Of a stretch of DNA of 64,000 nt, positions 29,695 to 40,254 are shown one piece after another (within the stretch, counting starts at the first letter, position 1; each line of letters opens with the position of its first letter). The notes beneath the pieces are model-generated. The model searched no databases and was not told the origin of the DNA. It saw only the letters and a list, made by a program, of their open reading frames with translations. The stretch covers positions 15,063 through 79,062 of the forward strand of contig JBAZVM010000006.1 in the NCBI GenBank assembly GCA_041660885.1. Direction: 5' to 3'. A program made the position numbers and the translations under genes. The stretch is from Patescibacteria group bacterium. Its GTDB lineage: Bacteria > Patescibacteriota > Patescibacteriia > UBA9570 > JAHJKD01.

Positions 29695-29949
29695 ATGCAC
29701 GATTTACACGTAGCTGATAAAATTATCAAGCTGGCGTTGCAATACGCTGAAAAAAATAAATTAAAGAAAATTACCGTTATTTCCGTTGAATTGGGAACGG
29801 TGGTGGAACACGGGGAAGAAATTAATCCGGATAATTTGAAATTTAACATGAATTTATTGGCAAAAGATACCATGGCGGAAAACGCTAAAATAATAATCGG
29901 AAAAATAAAAGGAGAGAGTTGGAATTTAAAGGAAATTGAAGGAGAATAA
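29695..29949 (+). CDS. hypA: HypA-like protein lacking the zinc-binding Cys motifs
   Basis: N-terminus MHDLHVADKII resembles the HypA MHE nickel site. Only 84 aa and no cysteine at all. Confidence 0.45.
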   Translation: MHDLHVADKIIKLALQYAEKNKLKKITVISVELGTVVEHGEEINPDNLKFNMNLLAKDTMAENAKIIIGKIKGESWNLKEIEGE

Positions 29950-29988
29950 AATTTGATTGTTTTCATTAAAATATAGTATAATAGAGCC

Positions 29989-30417
29989 ATGATATACTTA
30001 GGTGCGGATCATGCGGGATACGCTTTAAAAGAAAAAATTAAAGGCTATTTAAACAGAAAAAAAATAGCTTATAATGATTTAGGCACTAATTCGTTAGAAA
30101 GTGTTGATGCTTCTGATTATGCCGCGATGGTGGCGCACTCCCTGCGCGCGAGCGATAGGGGGATTCTAATATGCGGTTCCGGTATTATGATGAGCATGGC
30201 CGCCAATAGAATAAAAGGCATTCGAGCGGCGTTGGCTTTTAATCCTAGAATCGCCCGCCAAGCGCGAGAGCATAATAATGCCAACATATTAGTATTATCC
30301 GGCCGCGAATCATCTCCTAAAGATTGGCAGAAAATTGTGGATACTTTTTTAAAAACCAAGTTTTTAAATAAAGAAAAATATGTCAGGAGGCTTAAGAAAT
30401 TAGAGAAAATAAAATGA
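29989..30417 (+). CDS. rpiB: ribose-5-phosphate isomerase B
   Basis: LGADHAGYALKE, ILICGSGIMMSMAANR, HNNANILVL. Confidence 0.9.
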   Translation: MIYLGADHAGYALKEKIKGYLNRKKIAYNDLGTNSLESVDASDYAAMVAHSLRASDRGILICGSGIMMSMAANRIKGIRAALAFNPRIARQAREHNNANILVLSGRESSPKDWQKIVDTFLKTKFLNKEKYVRRLKKLEKIK

Positions 30418-31040
30418 TTGAAGTCATCCCCGCTATTTTGGAAAAAAATATCAATGATATTAAAGCCAAAGTGGAATTGGTAAAGCCTTTTTGTAAACGC
30501 GTGCATCTGGATATTATGGACGGCGCTTTCGTACCCAATGTTACTTACAACGACCCAAGAGAATTGGCGGAAAATAAATTAGGCATTAAATTCTGGCCGC
30601 ATCTCATGATCAAGCATCCGGAATTATTCGTAAAAAAATGGAACATCGAAGAAGTGGAAGGAATTATTTTTCACAAAGAAGCCGCGCAAAATGTTAACGA
30701 AACAATCCGGCTTATTAAAGGCATCGGTAAAAAAGCGGGCATTGCCATTAATCCGCATACTTCCAGCTATGATATAAAAGAATATCTGGATGAGTTAGAT
30801 CTGATTTTGGTAATGGGCGTGGAACCGGGGTTCGCGCATCAGGCTTTCAATTCCGACGTGCTGGATAAAATTTCTTATCTTAAAAAGATAAAACCCAGTC
30901 TGCCCATCGCGGTGGATGGCGGCGTGAACATGGAAACCAGGAATAAAATCAAGCGAGCCGGAGCGGATATTTTATCAGCCAACAGTTTTATTTTTAACAG
31001 CGGCAATATTAAAGAAGCCATCGAAGCGCTGGCTTTATAA
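30414..31040 (+). CDS. rpe: ribulose-phosphate 3-epimerase
   Basis: HLDIMDGAFVPN, MGVEPGFAHQAF, VDGGVN. Confidence 0.9.
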   Translation: MIEVIPAILEKNINDIKAKVELVKPFCKRVHLDIMDGAFVPNVTYNDPRELAENKLGIKFWPHLMIKHPELFVKKWNIEEVEGIIFHKEAAQNVNETIRLIKGIGKKAGIAINPHTSSYDIKEYLDELDLILVMGVEPGFAHQAFNSDVLDKISYLKKIKPSLPIAVDGGVNMETRNKIKRAGADILSANSFIFNSGNIKEAIEALAL

Positions 31041-31041
31041 T

Positions 31042-31818
31042 ATGCGAAATTTTCTTATTGATACGGCTAATCAAGCCGGTTTGAAGCTACGCTCGTTTTT
31101 CGGCAAGGCCATTAAAAGATACAGCAAAGACGACTTTGGTGATTTTGTCACCACGGCCGATTATGCCGCGGAAAAAATTATTCTCGCCAGCATAGAAAAA
31201 AAATTTCCCCATGATAATATTTTGTCCGAAGAAGCGGGAGAGATAAATATTTCAGCTGATTCTGAATATACATGGATTGTTGACCCGCTGGACGGCACGA
31301 AAAATTTTGCCAGCGGCATTCCTTTATTCGGCACCACCATAGCGCGCATGCGTAAGAATGAAATAGTGGAGGCCGTTATTTTCAATCCCATGCAAAACGA
31401 AATGTTCTACGCCAAGAAAGGCCACGGCGCATTTTTAAACGGCCGGCGCATTCATGCCAGCCAAAAAAAGGAAACAGAGCATTTGATGAGCGGAGTGGGC
31501 AATGTGCGCTCCAGAACAGATAATAAATGTTATGATAATATCAGGTGCGCTTTTTACAAGATATCCTCCGGTTTTCGCGTGTACGGCTCGGCCGTAATCG
31601 ATTTATCCTATACGGCTTGCGGACGCATGGACGCGTTTGTTTTGGGCGGTCCTTACCCTTGGGATATCGCGGCCGGCGGCTTGATCATACAAGAAGCAGG
31701 CGGTATTATTACCGCAGTAAACGGTGATAAATGGGATCCTATGGCCAATAAACAAGAAATATTAGTTTCCGGCAATAAAATTTTACATAAAAAATTATTA
31801 AAAATAATTAAAAAGTAA
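31042..31818 (+). CDS. inositol monophosphatase family protein
   Basis: WIVDPLDGTKNF and WDIAAG motifs. Confidence 0.85.
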   Translation: MRNFLIDTANQAGLKLRSFFGKAIKRYSKDDFGDFVTTADYAAEKIILASIEKKFPHDNILSEEAGEINISADSEYTWIVDPLDGTKNFASGIPLFGTTIARMRKNEIVEAVIFNPMQNEMFYAKKGHGAFLNGRRIHASQKKETEHLMSGVGNVRSRTDNKCYDNIRCAFYKISSGFRVYGSAVIDLSYTACGRMDAFVLGGPYPWDIAAGGLIIQEAGGIITAVNGDKWDPMANKQEILVSGNKILHKKLLKIIKK

Positions 31819-31821
31819 TTT

Positions 31822-32823
31822 ATGGCAAAAAAATTTAAAGTTTTTATCACCCGCCCCATTCCGGAAAAGGGCATTAACATGCTAAAAAAGCATTTTCAAG
31901 TGAAAGTGCGTCAAGCAGATTTTCCCATTCCCAAGAAAGAATTGGAAAAAGAAGTGAAACAATGCGATGCTTTGCTTTGCATGCTCACCGACCAAATAGA
32001 CAGCGGCATTATGGATTGCAACCCGAAATTAAAAGTGATTTCCAATTTTGCCGTCGGCTACAATAATATTTCCATTCCCGCGGCCACCAACCGCCGCTTG
32101 CCCGTGGGCAACACGCCTAATGTGCTAACGCAATCTACGGCCGAGCACGCCATGTCTTTGATAATGAGCATTACCAAACGCGTAGCCGAAGGGGACGATA
32201 TCATGCGCAGAAACGCTTTTCCCGGTTGGGGGCCCATGTATATGCTGGGTACCGAGCTTTACAATAAAACCGTGGGTATAATCGGTTGCGGCAGAATTGG
32301 CGGGCAGTTGGCTAGAATGATGAACAAGGCTTTTCAATGCAAAATTTTATATACCGGGCATTTTCACAATGAGCCCATAGAAAACGCCACGCAAGCCAAA
32401 AAAGTAAGCATGAATGAATTATTAAAAAAATCCGATATCGTGAGCATTCATGTGCCGTTGTTTCCGGAAACCACGCACTTGATCAGCACGAAAGAATTCG
32501 GCATGATGAAAAAAACGGCTTACTTGATCAATACGGCCAGAGGCCCGATCGTGGATGAAAAAGCGTTATTAAAAGCTTTGCAGAAAAAACAAATTGCCGG
32601 CGCGGGTTTAGATGTATTCGAATGGGAACCCAAGCGTTTAGCCGGTTTGGAAAAATGTCCCAATATAGTGATGACGCCGCACACGGCTTCAGCCACTTGG
32701 GAAGCCAGAACTCTGATGTCTGAAGTGGCCGCGCAAAATATTATTGGTATTTTAGGCAAGAAACAATCTCCGATTTCCATTGTAAACTCTGAAGTGCTCA
32801 ATCAGGGTAAGATCTATGATTAA
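31822..32823 (+). CDS. D-2-hydroxyacid dehydrogenase (glyoxylate/hydroxypyruvate reductase-like)
   Basis: GIIGCGRIGGQLA NAD-binding motif, NTARGPIVDE, TPHTASAT. Confidence 0.85.
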   Translation: MAKKFKVFITRPIPEKGINMLKKHFQVKVRQADFPIPKKELEKEVKQCDALLCMLTDQIDSGIMDCNPKLKVISNFAVGYNNISIPAATNRRLPVGNTPNVLTQSTAEHAMSLIMSITKRVAEGDDIMRRNAFPGWGPMYMLGTELYNKTVGIIGCGRIGGQLARMMNKAFQCKILYTGHFHNEPIENATQAKKVSMNELLKKSDIVSIHVPLFPETTHLISTKEFGMMKKTAYLINTARGPIVDEKALLKALQKKQIAGAGLDVFEWEPKRLAGLEKCPNIVMTPHTASATWEARTLMSEVAAQNIIGILGKKQSPISIVNSEVLNQGKIYD

Positions 32824-34096
32824 AAATAAAAAGGCCCTTTCTTCTCGCTATCCGCAAGCTCGAATTCTTCTTGATCTGGCCGAAGAAGCTTTGTTTTATT
32901 TGCAGCCGGAAAATTTAATACGCCAGCATGTGCGCTTAAAAAATAATCGGCTGATTATTGATAAAAAAGTTTTTGATTTGCATAAAATTGAAAATATTTA
33001 TGTGCTTGGCGCGGGAAAAGCCACTTATCAAATGGCTTTGGTTATCGATAAAATACTAAACAAGAAAATAACCGCGGGGGCCATTAACGTGCCCAAGGCA
33101 TATACGAAAAAAATCGGGCGGATAAACGTCACGCAGGCCAGCCATCCTTTTCCCAATGAAGCGGGAGTGGCCGGCGCGCAAGCCATTTTGGATTTGGCCA
33201 ATAGAGCCGGAAATAAGGATTTAGTTATATGCTTAATGAGCGGCGGCGGTTCGGCTTTAATGCCGCTGCCTCCGTATAATTTTTCTTTGCAGGAAAAGAT
33301 CGAGCTCACTCGGAAGCTACTTAAGTGTTCCGCCAATATTAAAGAAATAAATTGCGTACGCAAGCATTTATCGCAAATTAAAGGCGGGCGATTAGGCGCT
33401 GCGGCAATGCCGGCGACCATTGTTTCTCTTTATATTTCCGATGTTATCGGCGATGATTTAAACGCTATTGCTTCCGGGCCGACCGTGCCGGATCCTTCCA
33501 CCTCCAAACAAGCGATAAAAATATTAAAAAAATATAAAATAAGCGACAAAAAATTAGAACTGATTATTTTAGAAAACGAAAGTCCAAAATTTCTTGATAA
33601 GAAAAAAGTTTTTAATTTTATCGTGGGTAACAATCAACAGGTTTTAGACCATTTGATTTTATTAGCCAAAAGAAAAAAATATAAAACAAAATTTTTAACA
33701 GCCACTCTGCATGGTGAAGCAAAAGCAGTCGCCAAACGATTAATTGCACTGGCAGAGAAGCTGAACAGGAAAACCATTTTAATCGCCGGGGGTGAAACCA
33801 CGGTGAAAATTATTGGCAAGGGTTTTGGCGGGCGCAATCAAGAATTCGTATTAGCCGCCTCGCAATATATCGGCCAAGATTTAACCGTACTTTCTTTGGC
33901 TACCGACGGGGTAGACGGGTTAACTCCAAAACCCGTGGCCGGAGCCATTTTAGACAGTAAAAATGCACCTAAAAACGCGAATAAATATTTAGAAAATAAT
34001 GATTCATATACCATTTTAAATAAAATCCACAGCTTGTTAAAAACAGGCTTAACAGGCACCAATGTTGGTGATATAATATTACTACTAAAAAATTAA
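32816..34096 (+). CDS. glycerate 2-kinase (MOFRL/DUF4147 family)
   Basis: GAGKAT, SGGGSALM, IAGGETTV, ATDGVDG. Confidence 0.8.
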   Translation: MIKNKKALSSRYPQARILLDLAEEALFYLQPENLIRQHVRLKNNRLIIDKKVFDLHKIENIYVLGAGKATYQMALVIDKILNKKITAGAINVPKAYTKKIGRINVTQASHPFPNEAGVAGAQAILDLANRAGNKDLVICLMSGGGSALMPLPPYNFSLQEKIELTRKLLKCSANIKEINCVRKHLSQIKGGRLGAAAMPATIVSLYISDVIGDDLNAIASGPTVPDPSTSKQAIKILKKYKISDKKLELIILENESPKFLDKKKVFNFIVGNNQQVLDHLILLAKRKKYKTKFLTATLHGEAKAVAKRLIALAEKLNRKTILIAGGETTVKIIGKGFGGRNQEFVLAASQYIGQDLTVLSLATDGVDGLTPKPVAGAILDSKNAPKNANKYLENNDSYTILNKIHSLLKTGLTGTNVGDIILLLKN

Positions 34097-34107
34097 GTTT
34101 ATCCAGT

Positions 34108-35322
34108 ATGCAAAAATTAACTCCATCCCAGCGTTCCATTAAAACAAAGCCGTCTCCCATTCGCGGTTTGGTAAATTTAGCCAATGCGCAAAAGAAAAAG
34201 GGCGTGAAAATCAATCACTTCAACATTGGCCAGCCTGATTTGCCCACGCATGATGATTTTTACAAAGCCGTGAAAGATTTTAAAGAAAAGAATGTAGCTT
34301 ACGCACCCACTCAAGGCCGTATGGAGGCGCAATTGGGCTGGCAGAAATATTTTAAAAGCATCGGAATCAATTATAAGGTAGAAGAAATGATCGTCACCTC
34401 CGGCGGGGTAGAGGCTTTATTTTTAGCCCATGCCGCGTTATTGGATCCGGGAGAAGAACTTTTAGTCTTTGAACCGTTTTATCCTTATTACGCCAACCAA
34501 GCTGATATTTTAAACACGAAAATTGTTCCAATTAGTTTAAGCATAAAAAATGGCTTTCATTTGCCACCAGTTTCCGAAATGCAAAAGAAAGTGACGAAAA
34601 GAACAAAAGCCATTTTATTCTGTAATCCCAGCAACCCGACCGGCGTGGTATTTACTCCGCAGGAAGTAAAAGCCGTGGCGCAATTTGCCAAGAAAAATAA
34701 ATTATGGGTCATTGCCGATGAAGTATATCGCGAATACGCTTTTTCCCGCCCGGCTTTATCCATGGCAAAAATTCCCGCTATAAAGAATCAAGTGATTCTT
34801 TGCGATACCGCCTCCAAAAGATTCAATCTCTGCGGCGCGCGCGTGGGCGTGCTGGCTTGCCACAACAAAGAATTTTATAAGAACGTATTCAAACTGGCCA
34901 TGGCCAGAGAATCCGTGGCTACTATCGAGCAAATCGCTGTGGCCGCACTTCTTAACAACGCGAAAAAATATTATGGTCCTTCCATAAAAATTTACGCTAA
35001 AAGAAGAGACGCGGTTTATGCCGGCTTGAAAAAAATTCCCGGAGCTGTCGTCCATAAACCGGAAGGCGCATTCTACATTATTATTGGCTTGCCCATTACC
35101 AATAGCCAGCACTTTGCCGAATGGTTGCTAACCGATTTCAGGCAGAACAATACCACTATTTGCGTTTCTCCGGCCGCCGGTTTTTATCAAACCAAAGGCC
35201 GCGGGCACGATGAAATCCGCTTAAGCTATGTGGTAGACATTAAAGTGATTAACGAGTCCATGGATTTGTTGAAGAAAGCTTTAGAGGTTTACAAGAAGAA
35301 GTTTCCCAAATTTTGTAAGTAA
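34108..35322 (+). CDS. class I/II pyridoxal-phosphate aminotransferase (aspartate aminotransferase-like)
   Basis: NPSNPTG. PLP-lysine motif SKRFNLCGARVG. Confidence 0.85.
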   Translation: MQKLTPSQRSIKTKPSPIRGLVNLANAQKKKGVKINHFNIGQPDLPTHDDFYKAVKDFKEKNVAYAPTQGRMEAQLGWQKYFKSIGINYKVEEMIVTSGGVEALFLAHAALLDPGEELLVFEPFYPYYANQADILNTKIVPISLSIKNGFHLPPVSEMQKKVTKRTKAILFCNPSNPTGVVFTPQEVKAVAQFAKKNKLWVIADEVYREYAFSRPALSMAKIPAIKNQVILCDTASKRFNLCGARVGVLACHNKEFYKNVFKLAMARESVATIEQIAVAALLNNAKKYYGPSIKIYAKRRDAVYAGLKKIPGAVVHKPEGAFYIIIGLPITNSQHFAEWLLTDFRQNNTTICVSPAAGFYQTKGRGHDEIRLSYVVDIKVINESMDLLKKALEVYKKKFPKFCK

Positions 35323-35339
35323 TTTTTAATTTAAAAAAT

Positions 35340-36548
35340 ATGGAACAGGCTAATAATTCGGCTAAAAAAGCCGTTCTCCTTTCGGTTGTGGTTACTTTAA
35401 TCGTAGCTACGCTGATCGGCTTAAGCGCAGGCGTGTTAGGCGGATACGCCACGTTTAAGTATTTTAATGATTCTTCGGAATCCAGTGTTAGCGGTACGAA
35501 TTCCACAACAACAAATATGGTGGAAGAAGAATCCGCTACCATTTCCGCCGTGGAAAAAGCCAGCCCTTCCGTGGTAAGCATCGTGGGCTCGCAGGATGTG
35601 CCCGTGTTTGAACAATATTGGGACAATTCTTCCGGTTTTTGGGCTATCCCGCAATACCGGCAAAAAGGCACGGAGAAACAAGATGTCAGCGCCGGTACCG
35701 GTTTTATCGTTTCCAATGATGGGTATATCGTTACCAATCGTCATGTGGTTGATGGCGATGGCATAGAATTCACTATTTTCTTGAATAACGGAGAAAAATA
35801 TCCAGCCACGATTTTGGCCAAAGATACCGTCTTAGATTTGGCAGTTTTAAAAATAGAAGCGAACAATTTAACGCCTCTAGAATTCGGCGATTCCGATCCG
35901 TTAAAGCCCGGGCAAACCGTTATTGCCATTGGTTATGCTTTGGGAGAGTTTAAAAATACTGTTTCTAAAGGAGTTATTTCCGGTTTAAGCAGAAGCATTA
36001 CTGCCGGAGATAGCACCGGCCAATCCACGGAGCAACTGGATAATATTATTCAAACAGACGCGGCCATTAATCCGGGAAATTCCGGCGGGCCACTTTTAAA
36101 TATTTCCGGACAAGTGATTGGCATTAATGTGGCCATGGCCAATGGCAGCGAGAATATCGCCTTTGCCATACCTATTAACGATGCCAAAAGCGTGATAGAA
36201 TCAGTAAAGAAAGATGGTAAAATAGTGAGGCCCTATTTGGGAGTGCGCTATGTGCCCATAACTGCGGAAATTAAAGAAGCTAATCAGCTTTCCGTGGATT
36301 ACGGCGTGCTGGTGTTGCGCGGCCAAACCGACGCGGAATTGGCGGTTTTGCCCGGCTCTCCGGCGGATAAAGCAGGCCTCGAGGAAAACGACATTATTTT
36401 GGAAGTGGACGGCAATAAAATCTCGGAAGACAATGATCTTAAAACTTATATTGCCAAAAAAAATCCCGGTGATAAAATATCTTTAAAAATATTGCACGAC
36501 GGCGAAGAAAAAACCGTTGATGTGACTTTAGAAGAATTGAAGAATTAA
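35340..36548 (+). CDS. htrA: HtrA/DegP-family serine protease with PDZ domain
   Basis: Catalytic triad contexts TNRHVV, DLAVLKI, GNSGGPLLN. C-terminal PDZ. N-terminal TM anchor. Confidence 0.9.
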   Translation: MEQANNSAKKAVLLSVVVTLIVATLIGLSAGVLGGYATFKYFNDSSESSVSGTNSTTTNMVEEESATISAVEKASPSVVSIVGSQDVPVFEQYWDNSSGFWAIPQYRQKGTEKQDVSAGTGFIVSNDGYIVTNRHVVDGDGIEFTIFLNNGEKYPATILAKDTVLDLAVLKIEANNLTPLEFGDSDPLKPGQTVIAIGYALGEFKNTVSKGVISGLSRSITAGDSTGQSTEQLDNIIQTDAAINPGNSGGPLLNISGQVIGINVAMANGSENIAFAIPINDAKSVIESVKKDGKIVRPYLGVRYVPITAEIKEANQLSVDYGVLVLRGQTDAELAVLPGSPADKAGLEENDIILEVDGNKISEDNDLKTYIAKKNPGDKISLKILHDGEEKTVDVTLEELKN

Positions 36549-36551
36549 CCT

Positions 36552-37481
36552 ATGATAAAAATCAGCCATTTAACCAAGAAATACGATGTGCAAAAAGCGC
36601 TCGATGATATTTCTTTGGAAGTAAAAAAGGGGGAGATTGTGGGCTTTTTAGGGCCCAATGGAGCGGGTAAAACCACTACCATGAAAATTCTTACCGGGTT
36701 TATTTCGCCCACCAGCGGGGAAGTGCAAATAGACGGCATTAATGTTCAAGAAGATTCGCTTTCCGTGCGCAAGAAAATCGGCTACTTGCCGGAAAATAAT
36801 CCGCTTTACGAAGACATGACCGTGCGGGAATATTTATCATTCGTTTCCGGCATGCGCGAAGTGACGGACGAAAAACAGCAAGAAGAAATTATCAACACTT
36901 GCGGTCTTAGCAATGTGTTGGAGAAAAATATTTCCGAATTATCCAAAGGCTATCGGCAAAGAACGGGCTTGGCCTCGGCTTTGATGCATAACCCCGAAAT
37001 TTTGATTCTAGACGAACCAACAAGCGGCTTAGACCCCAACCAAATAGTGGAAATCAGGAATCTGATCAAAAAAATAGGGGAACAAAAAACCGTGATACTT
37101 TCCACTCACATTTTACCTGAAGTGCAGGCTACTTGCGACCGCGTGGTAATTATCAATGAAGGAAAAATCGCGGCTGTCGGAACTATCGAGGAAATCATCC
37201 AGCGCGCCAAAGGAAAGGAAGAAATTTACGCCAAAGTAAAAGGGGACGAAGAAAAAGTAAAAAAAGTTTTATCCGATATTCCGGCCGTGGCCACCGTTAC
37301 TAAAGCGGAAGAAGAAAGCGCGGAAATAAAAGGCTATAAAATAACAGCCGAAGAAGAAAAAGATTTACGCGAAGAAATATTCGATGCCTTGGTGGCTAAT
37401 GGTTTTAAACTGCTGGAACTTAAAAGAATCCGCGTGAGCTTGGAAGACGTCTTTCGAGAATTAACCACTAAAGAAATATGA
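36552..37481 (+). CDS. ABC transporter ATP-binding protein (GldA-like)
   Basis: Walker A GPNGAGKTT, signature LSKGYRQR, Walker B ILILDEP. Confidence 0.9.
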   Translation: MIKISHLTKKYDVQKALDDISLEVKKGEIVGFLGPNGAGKTTTMKILTGFISPTSGEVQIDGINVQEDSLSVRKKIGYLPENNPLYEDMTVREYLSFVSGMREVTDEKQQEEIINTCGLSNVLEKNISELSKGYRQRTGLASALMHNPEILILDEPTSGLDPNQIVEIRNLIKKIGEQKTVILSTHILPEVQATCDRVVIINEGKIAAVGTIEEIIQRAKGKEEIYAKVKGDEEKVKKVLSDIPAVATVTKAEEESAEIKGYKITAEEEKDLREEIFDALVANGFKLLELKRIRVSLEDVFRELTTKEI

Positions 37482-38194
37482 AACACTTTTTAGCAATTTT
37501 TAAAAAAGAAATATTAAGCTACTTCAATTCTCCCTTGGCTTATATTTTTACCGCTATTTTTTTGGTCACGGGCAACTGGCTTTTTTTCCAGAATTTTTTC
37601 CTTATGAACCAAGCCAGCGTGCGCAGCTACTTTGATTTGCTGCCCTGGATTTTTTTATTCATCACTCCGGCGCTAACCATGCGCTTGTGGGCGGAAGAAA
37701 AAAAGAGCGGTACCATGGAAGTGCTGCTTACTTTTCCGGTGCGGGATATCGTAGTGGTGCTGGCTAAATATGTCAGCAGCTTGGTATTTTTAATGCTGGT
37801 TTTACTGCTCTCCCTTTCTTTGCCCATTACCGTGGCTTGTTTGGGCAATTTAGATTGGGGCTTGGTTATCGGCGGCTATGTGGGCGCGGTTTTGCTCGGC
37901 GGCTTGTATTTAGCCATGGGCTTGTTTATATCGTCTCTTACTAAAAATCAAATAGTCGCGTTGTTGCTCACCGCTGTTTCCTGCTTTTTATTATTTATTA
38001 TCAGCAGTTCCTTTGTATTGCAATCCATGGGTTTTTTGGCTCCGGTTTTCAGAATCGCTGGCGCGGCCGATCATTTTTATAACATGGCCAGAGGCGTGAT
38101 AGACACGCGAGATCTGATATATTTTATCTCTATTATTTCCCTATTTATTTATTTAAATAATCAAAGCTTAAATAGCCGTAATTGGAAAGCATAA
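37478..38194 (+). CDS. ABC-2 type permease (GldF-like)
   Basis: Six-TM ORF translationally coupled to the ATPase (ATGA overlap). Confidence 0.8.
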   Translation: MKHFLAIFKKEILSYFNSPLAYIFTAIFLVTGNWLFFQNFFLMNQASVRSYFDLLPWIFLFITPALTMRLWAEEKKSGTMEVLLTFPVRDIVVVLAKYVSSLVFLMLVLLLSLSLPITVACLGNLDWGLVIGGYVGAVLLGGLYLAMGLFISSLTKNQIVALLLTAVSCFLLFIISSSFVLQSMGFLAPVFRIAGAADHFYNMARGVIDTRDLIYFISIISLFIYLNNQSLNSRNWKA

Positions 38195-38198
38195 ATTT

Positions 38199-39734
38199 AT
38201 GTTGAACAATATCAAGAAAAAATATTTTGCCAATTCCGCGGTCGCGATTATCGCGGTGATCGGCATCGTGGCTTTATTGAATATCTTGGCCGTGGAAATT
38301 TTTCATCGTTTTGATATCACGCAAGATAAAGAATACTCGCTGTCCACCGCTTCAAAAAACACTTTGAAAGATTTAAGCGAGAAAGTTACAGTTAATGTAT
38401 ATTTCAGTGAAAAATTACCCCCGGAATACTTAACCGTGCGCCAAAAAGTGGAAGACATGCTGAAGGAATACAAAACATACGGCAAAGGAAAAATAGAGGT
38501 GAATTATATCGACCCGAAAGACGACGAAGACATGAAGCAAGAACTGATGATGAAGGGGATTCCGGAATTGCAATTCAATGTCATGGAAAAAGATCAATTT
38601 CAATTAACTACGGGTTATTTGGGGTTAACGGTTGATTATTTGGATCAAGAAGAAGTGCTGCCTGTTATCGAAGACACCAGCGCTTTTGAGTATGATATGA
38701 CTTCAGCCATCAAGAAAGTGGTAGACCCGCAAAATTACAGCGTAGGTTGGTTTTCTAAAAGTGAAACTTACACCGAAGTATTAAAAGAATTGAAAACCAA
38801 TTATAAAATTTCCGAAGTGGATATTACCGAGGGAAAATTATTGGATAACGCGCAATACAAAGCTTTAATTGTCGTGGCCGTGGAAGAGGAGTTAACCGAC
38901 AAAAGCAAATATGTGCTGGATCAGTTTATTATGAAAGGCGGCAGCGTCATGTTTTTGCTGGATGCGGTAAAAGTGGACCAGGGTTTGCAAGCCACCCCCA
39001 ATAAAACCGGTTTGGAAGAGATGCTGGCCGGATATGGCGTTACCATGAAAAAGAATTTAGTGCTGGATAGCAGCAGTGAAATTGCCACTTTTCAAGGTGG
39101 TTACACGAATTTTATGGTGCAGTACCCTTATTGGGTAAAGGTGCAGAAAGACGGCTTTGCTTCGGATAATGCCGCTGTTTCCCAATTGGAATCGGCGACC
39201 TTTCCTTGGGTAGGAGCTTTAGATATTAGCAACGGAAAGCCTTTGGTTATCAGCACCAAAAAAAGCTGGCTTTCTCCGGAAGCCATTGATTTGAACCCGC
39301 AGCAAGATTTTGCCGGACAAAATTTAAGCCAAAATAATTTAGCTGCGGTAATTACCGGGCAGCTTAACAGTTTCTATAAAGATAAAGACAAGCCGGCCGA
39401 GATGGATACCAAAGATTTCAAAGATACCGCGGAAAATGGCCGCGTGGTGGTGGTGGCCGATGCCGATTTTATAAGCGATATGTTTGTCGGGCAATTTCCG
39501 GGAAATTACGTATTCCTGGCTAACATGATCGACTGGTTGAATCAAGACGAATCTTTAATCGCCATTCGTTCCAAAGGCATCAGCGACCGCGCTTTAAAAA
39601 CATTAACCGACCAGCAGAAAGCTTCCATAAAATACGGTAATATTTTCGGCTTGACTGCCATAGTAATTGTTATCGGCGCGATACGATTTATCACTCGCCG
39701 TAAAAGAATCAGGAAAATAAAATTTAAACTATAA
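38199..39734 (+). CDS. GldG-like ABC-system auxiliary protein
   Basis: N- and C-terminal TM anchors. Size and position after the GldA/GldF-like genes. Confidence 0.65.
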   Translation: MLNNIKKKYFANSAVAIIAVIGIVALLNILAVEIFHRFDITQDKEYSLSTASKNTLKDLSEKVTVNVYFSEKLPPEYLTVRQKVEDMLKEYKTYGKGKIEVNYIDPKDDEDMKQELMMKGIPELQFNVMEKDQFQLTTGYLGLTVDYLDQEEVLPVIEDTSAFEYDMTSAIKKVVDPQNYSVGWFSKSETYTEVLKELKTNYKISEVDITEGKLLDNAQYKALIVVAVEEELTDKSKYVLDQFIMKGGSVMFLLDAVKVDQGLQATPNKTGLEEMLAGYGVTMKKNLVLDSSSEIATFQGGYTNFMVQYPYWVKVQKDGFASDNAAVSQLESATFPWVGALDISNGKPLVISTKKSWLSPEAIDLNPQQDFAGQNLSQNNLAAVITGQLNSFYKDKDKPAEMDTKDFKDTAENGRVVVVADADFISDMFVGQFPGNYVFLANMIDWLNQDESLIAIRSKGISDRALKTLTDQQKASIKYGNIFGLTAIVIVIGAIRFITRRKRIRKIKFKL

Positions 39735-39735
39735 T

Positions 39736-40254
39736 ATGCCAAAAAAATATTTAGCCACTTATATATTATTAGGATGCTTGGCTTTATTAGCCGTGGCTGT
39801 TTATATTATTAAAGTCCAGCCATTTTCTAACAAAGAAGATGCTAGCGGAATTTCTTTTTATTCGGCTTTTAATAAAGACAATATCACTAAAATAGAAATT
39901 ATAAATTCCGGGCAAACGGTTACCCTAACCAAAGAAAGCGATAAATGGATGCAAGATGGGGTTGAGGCCAAAACCGAAGATATCGACAGCATCTTTACCA
40001 AAACCGCGGATATTAAAGTAACCGAGCCGATTACAGATTCAGCGGATAAACTGACATTATTTCAGGTGGACGGCTCCGCTCTTACCGTTAAAATGTACGC
40101 CGGCGAACAGCTTATTTATCATTTCTACATAGGAAAAAATACCCCTGATTACAACGGCAATTATATCCGCAAAGAAGGGGAGAACAAAGTATACGCGGCC
40201 GAGCCAATGATCAGCTATTATTTCACGAAAGATAGCTTTGCCAAAGAAGAATAA
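39736..40254 (+). CDS. DUF4340-like membrane-anchored protein
   Basis: Typical fourth gene of GldAFG-like operons. N-terminal TM helix. Recall-based call. Confidence 0.45.
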   Translation: MPKKYLATYILLGCLALLAVAVYIIKVQPFSNKEDASGISFYSAFNKDNITKIEIINSGQTVTLTKESDKWMQDGVEAKTEDIDSIFTKTADIKVTEPITDSADKLTLFQVDGSALTVKMYAGEQLIYHFYIGKNTPDYNGNYIRKEGENKVYAAEPMISYYFTKDSFAKEE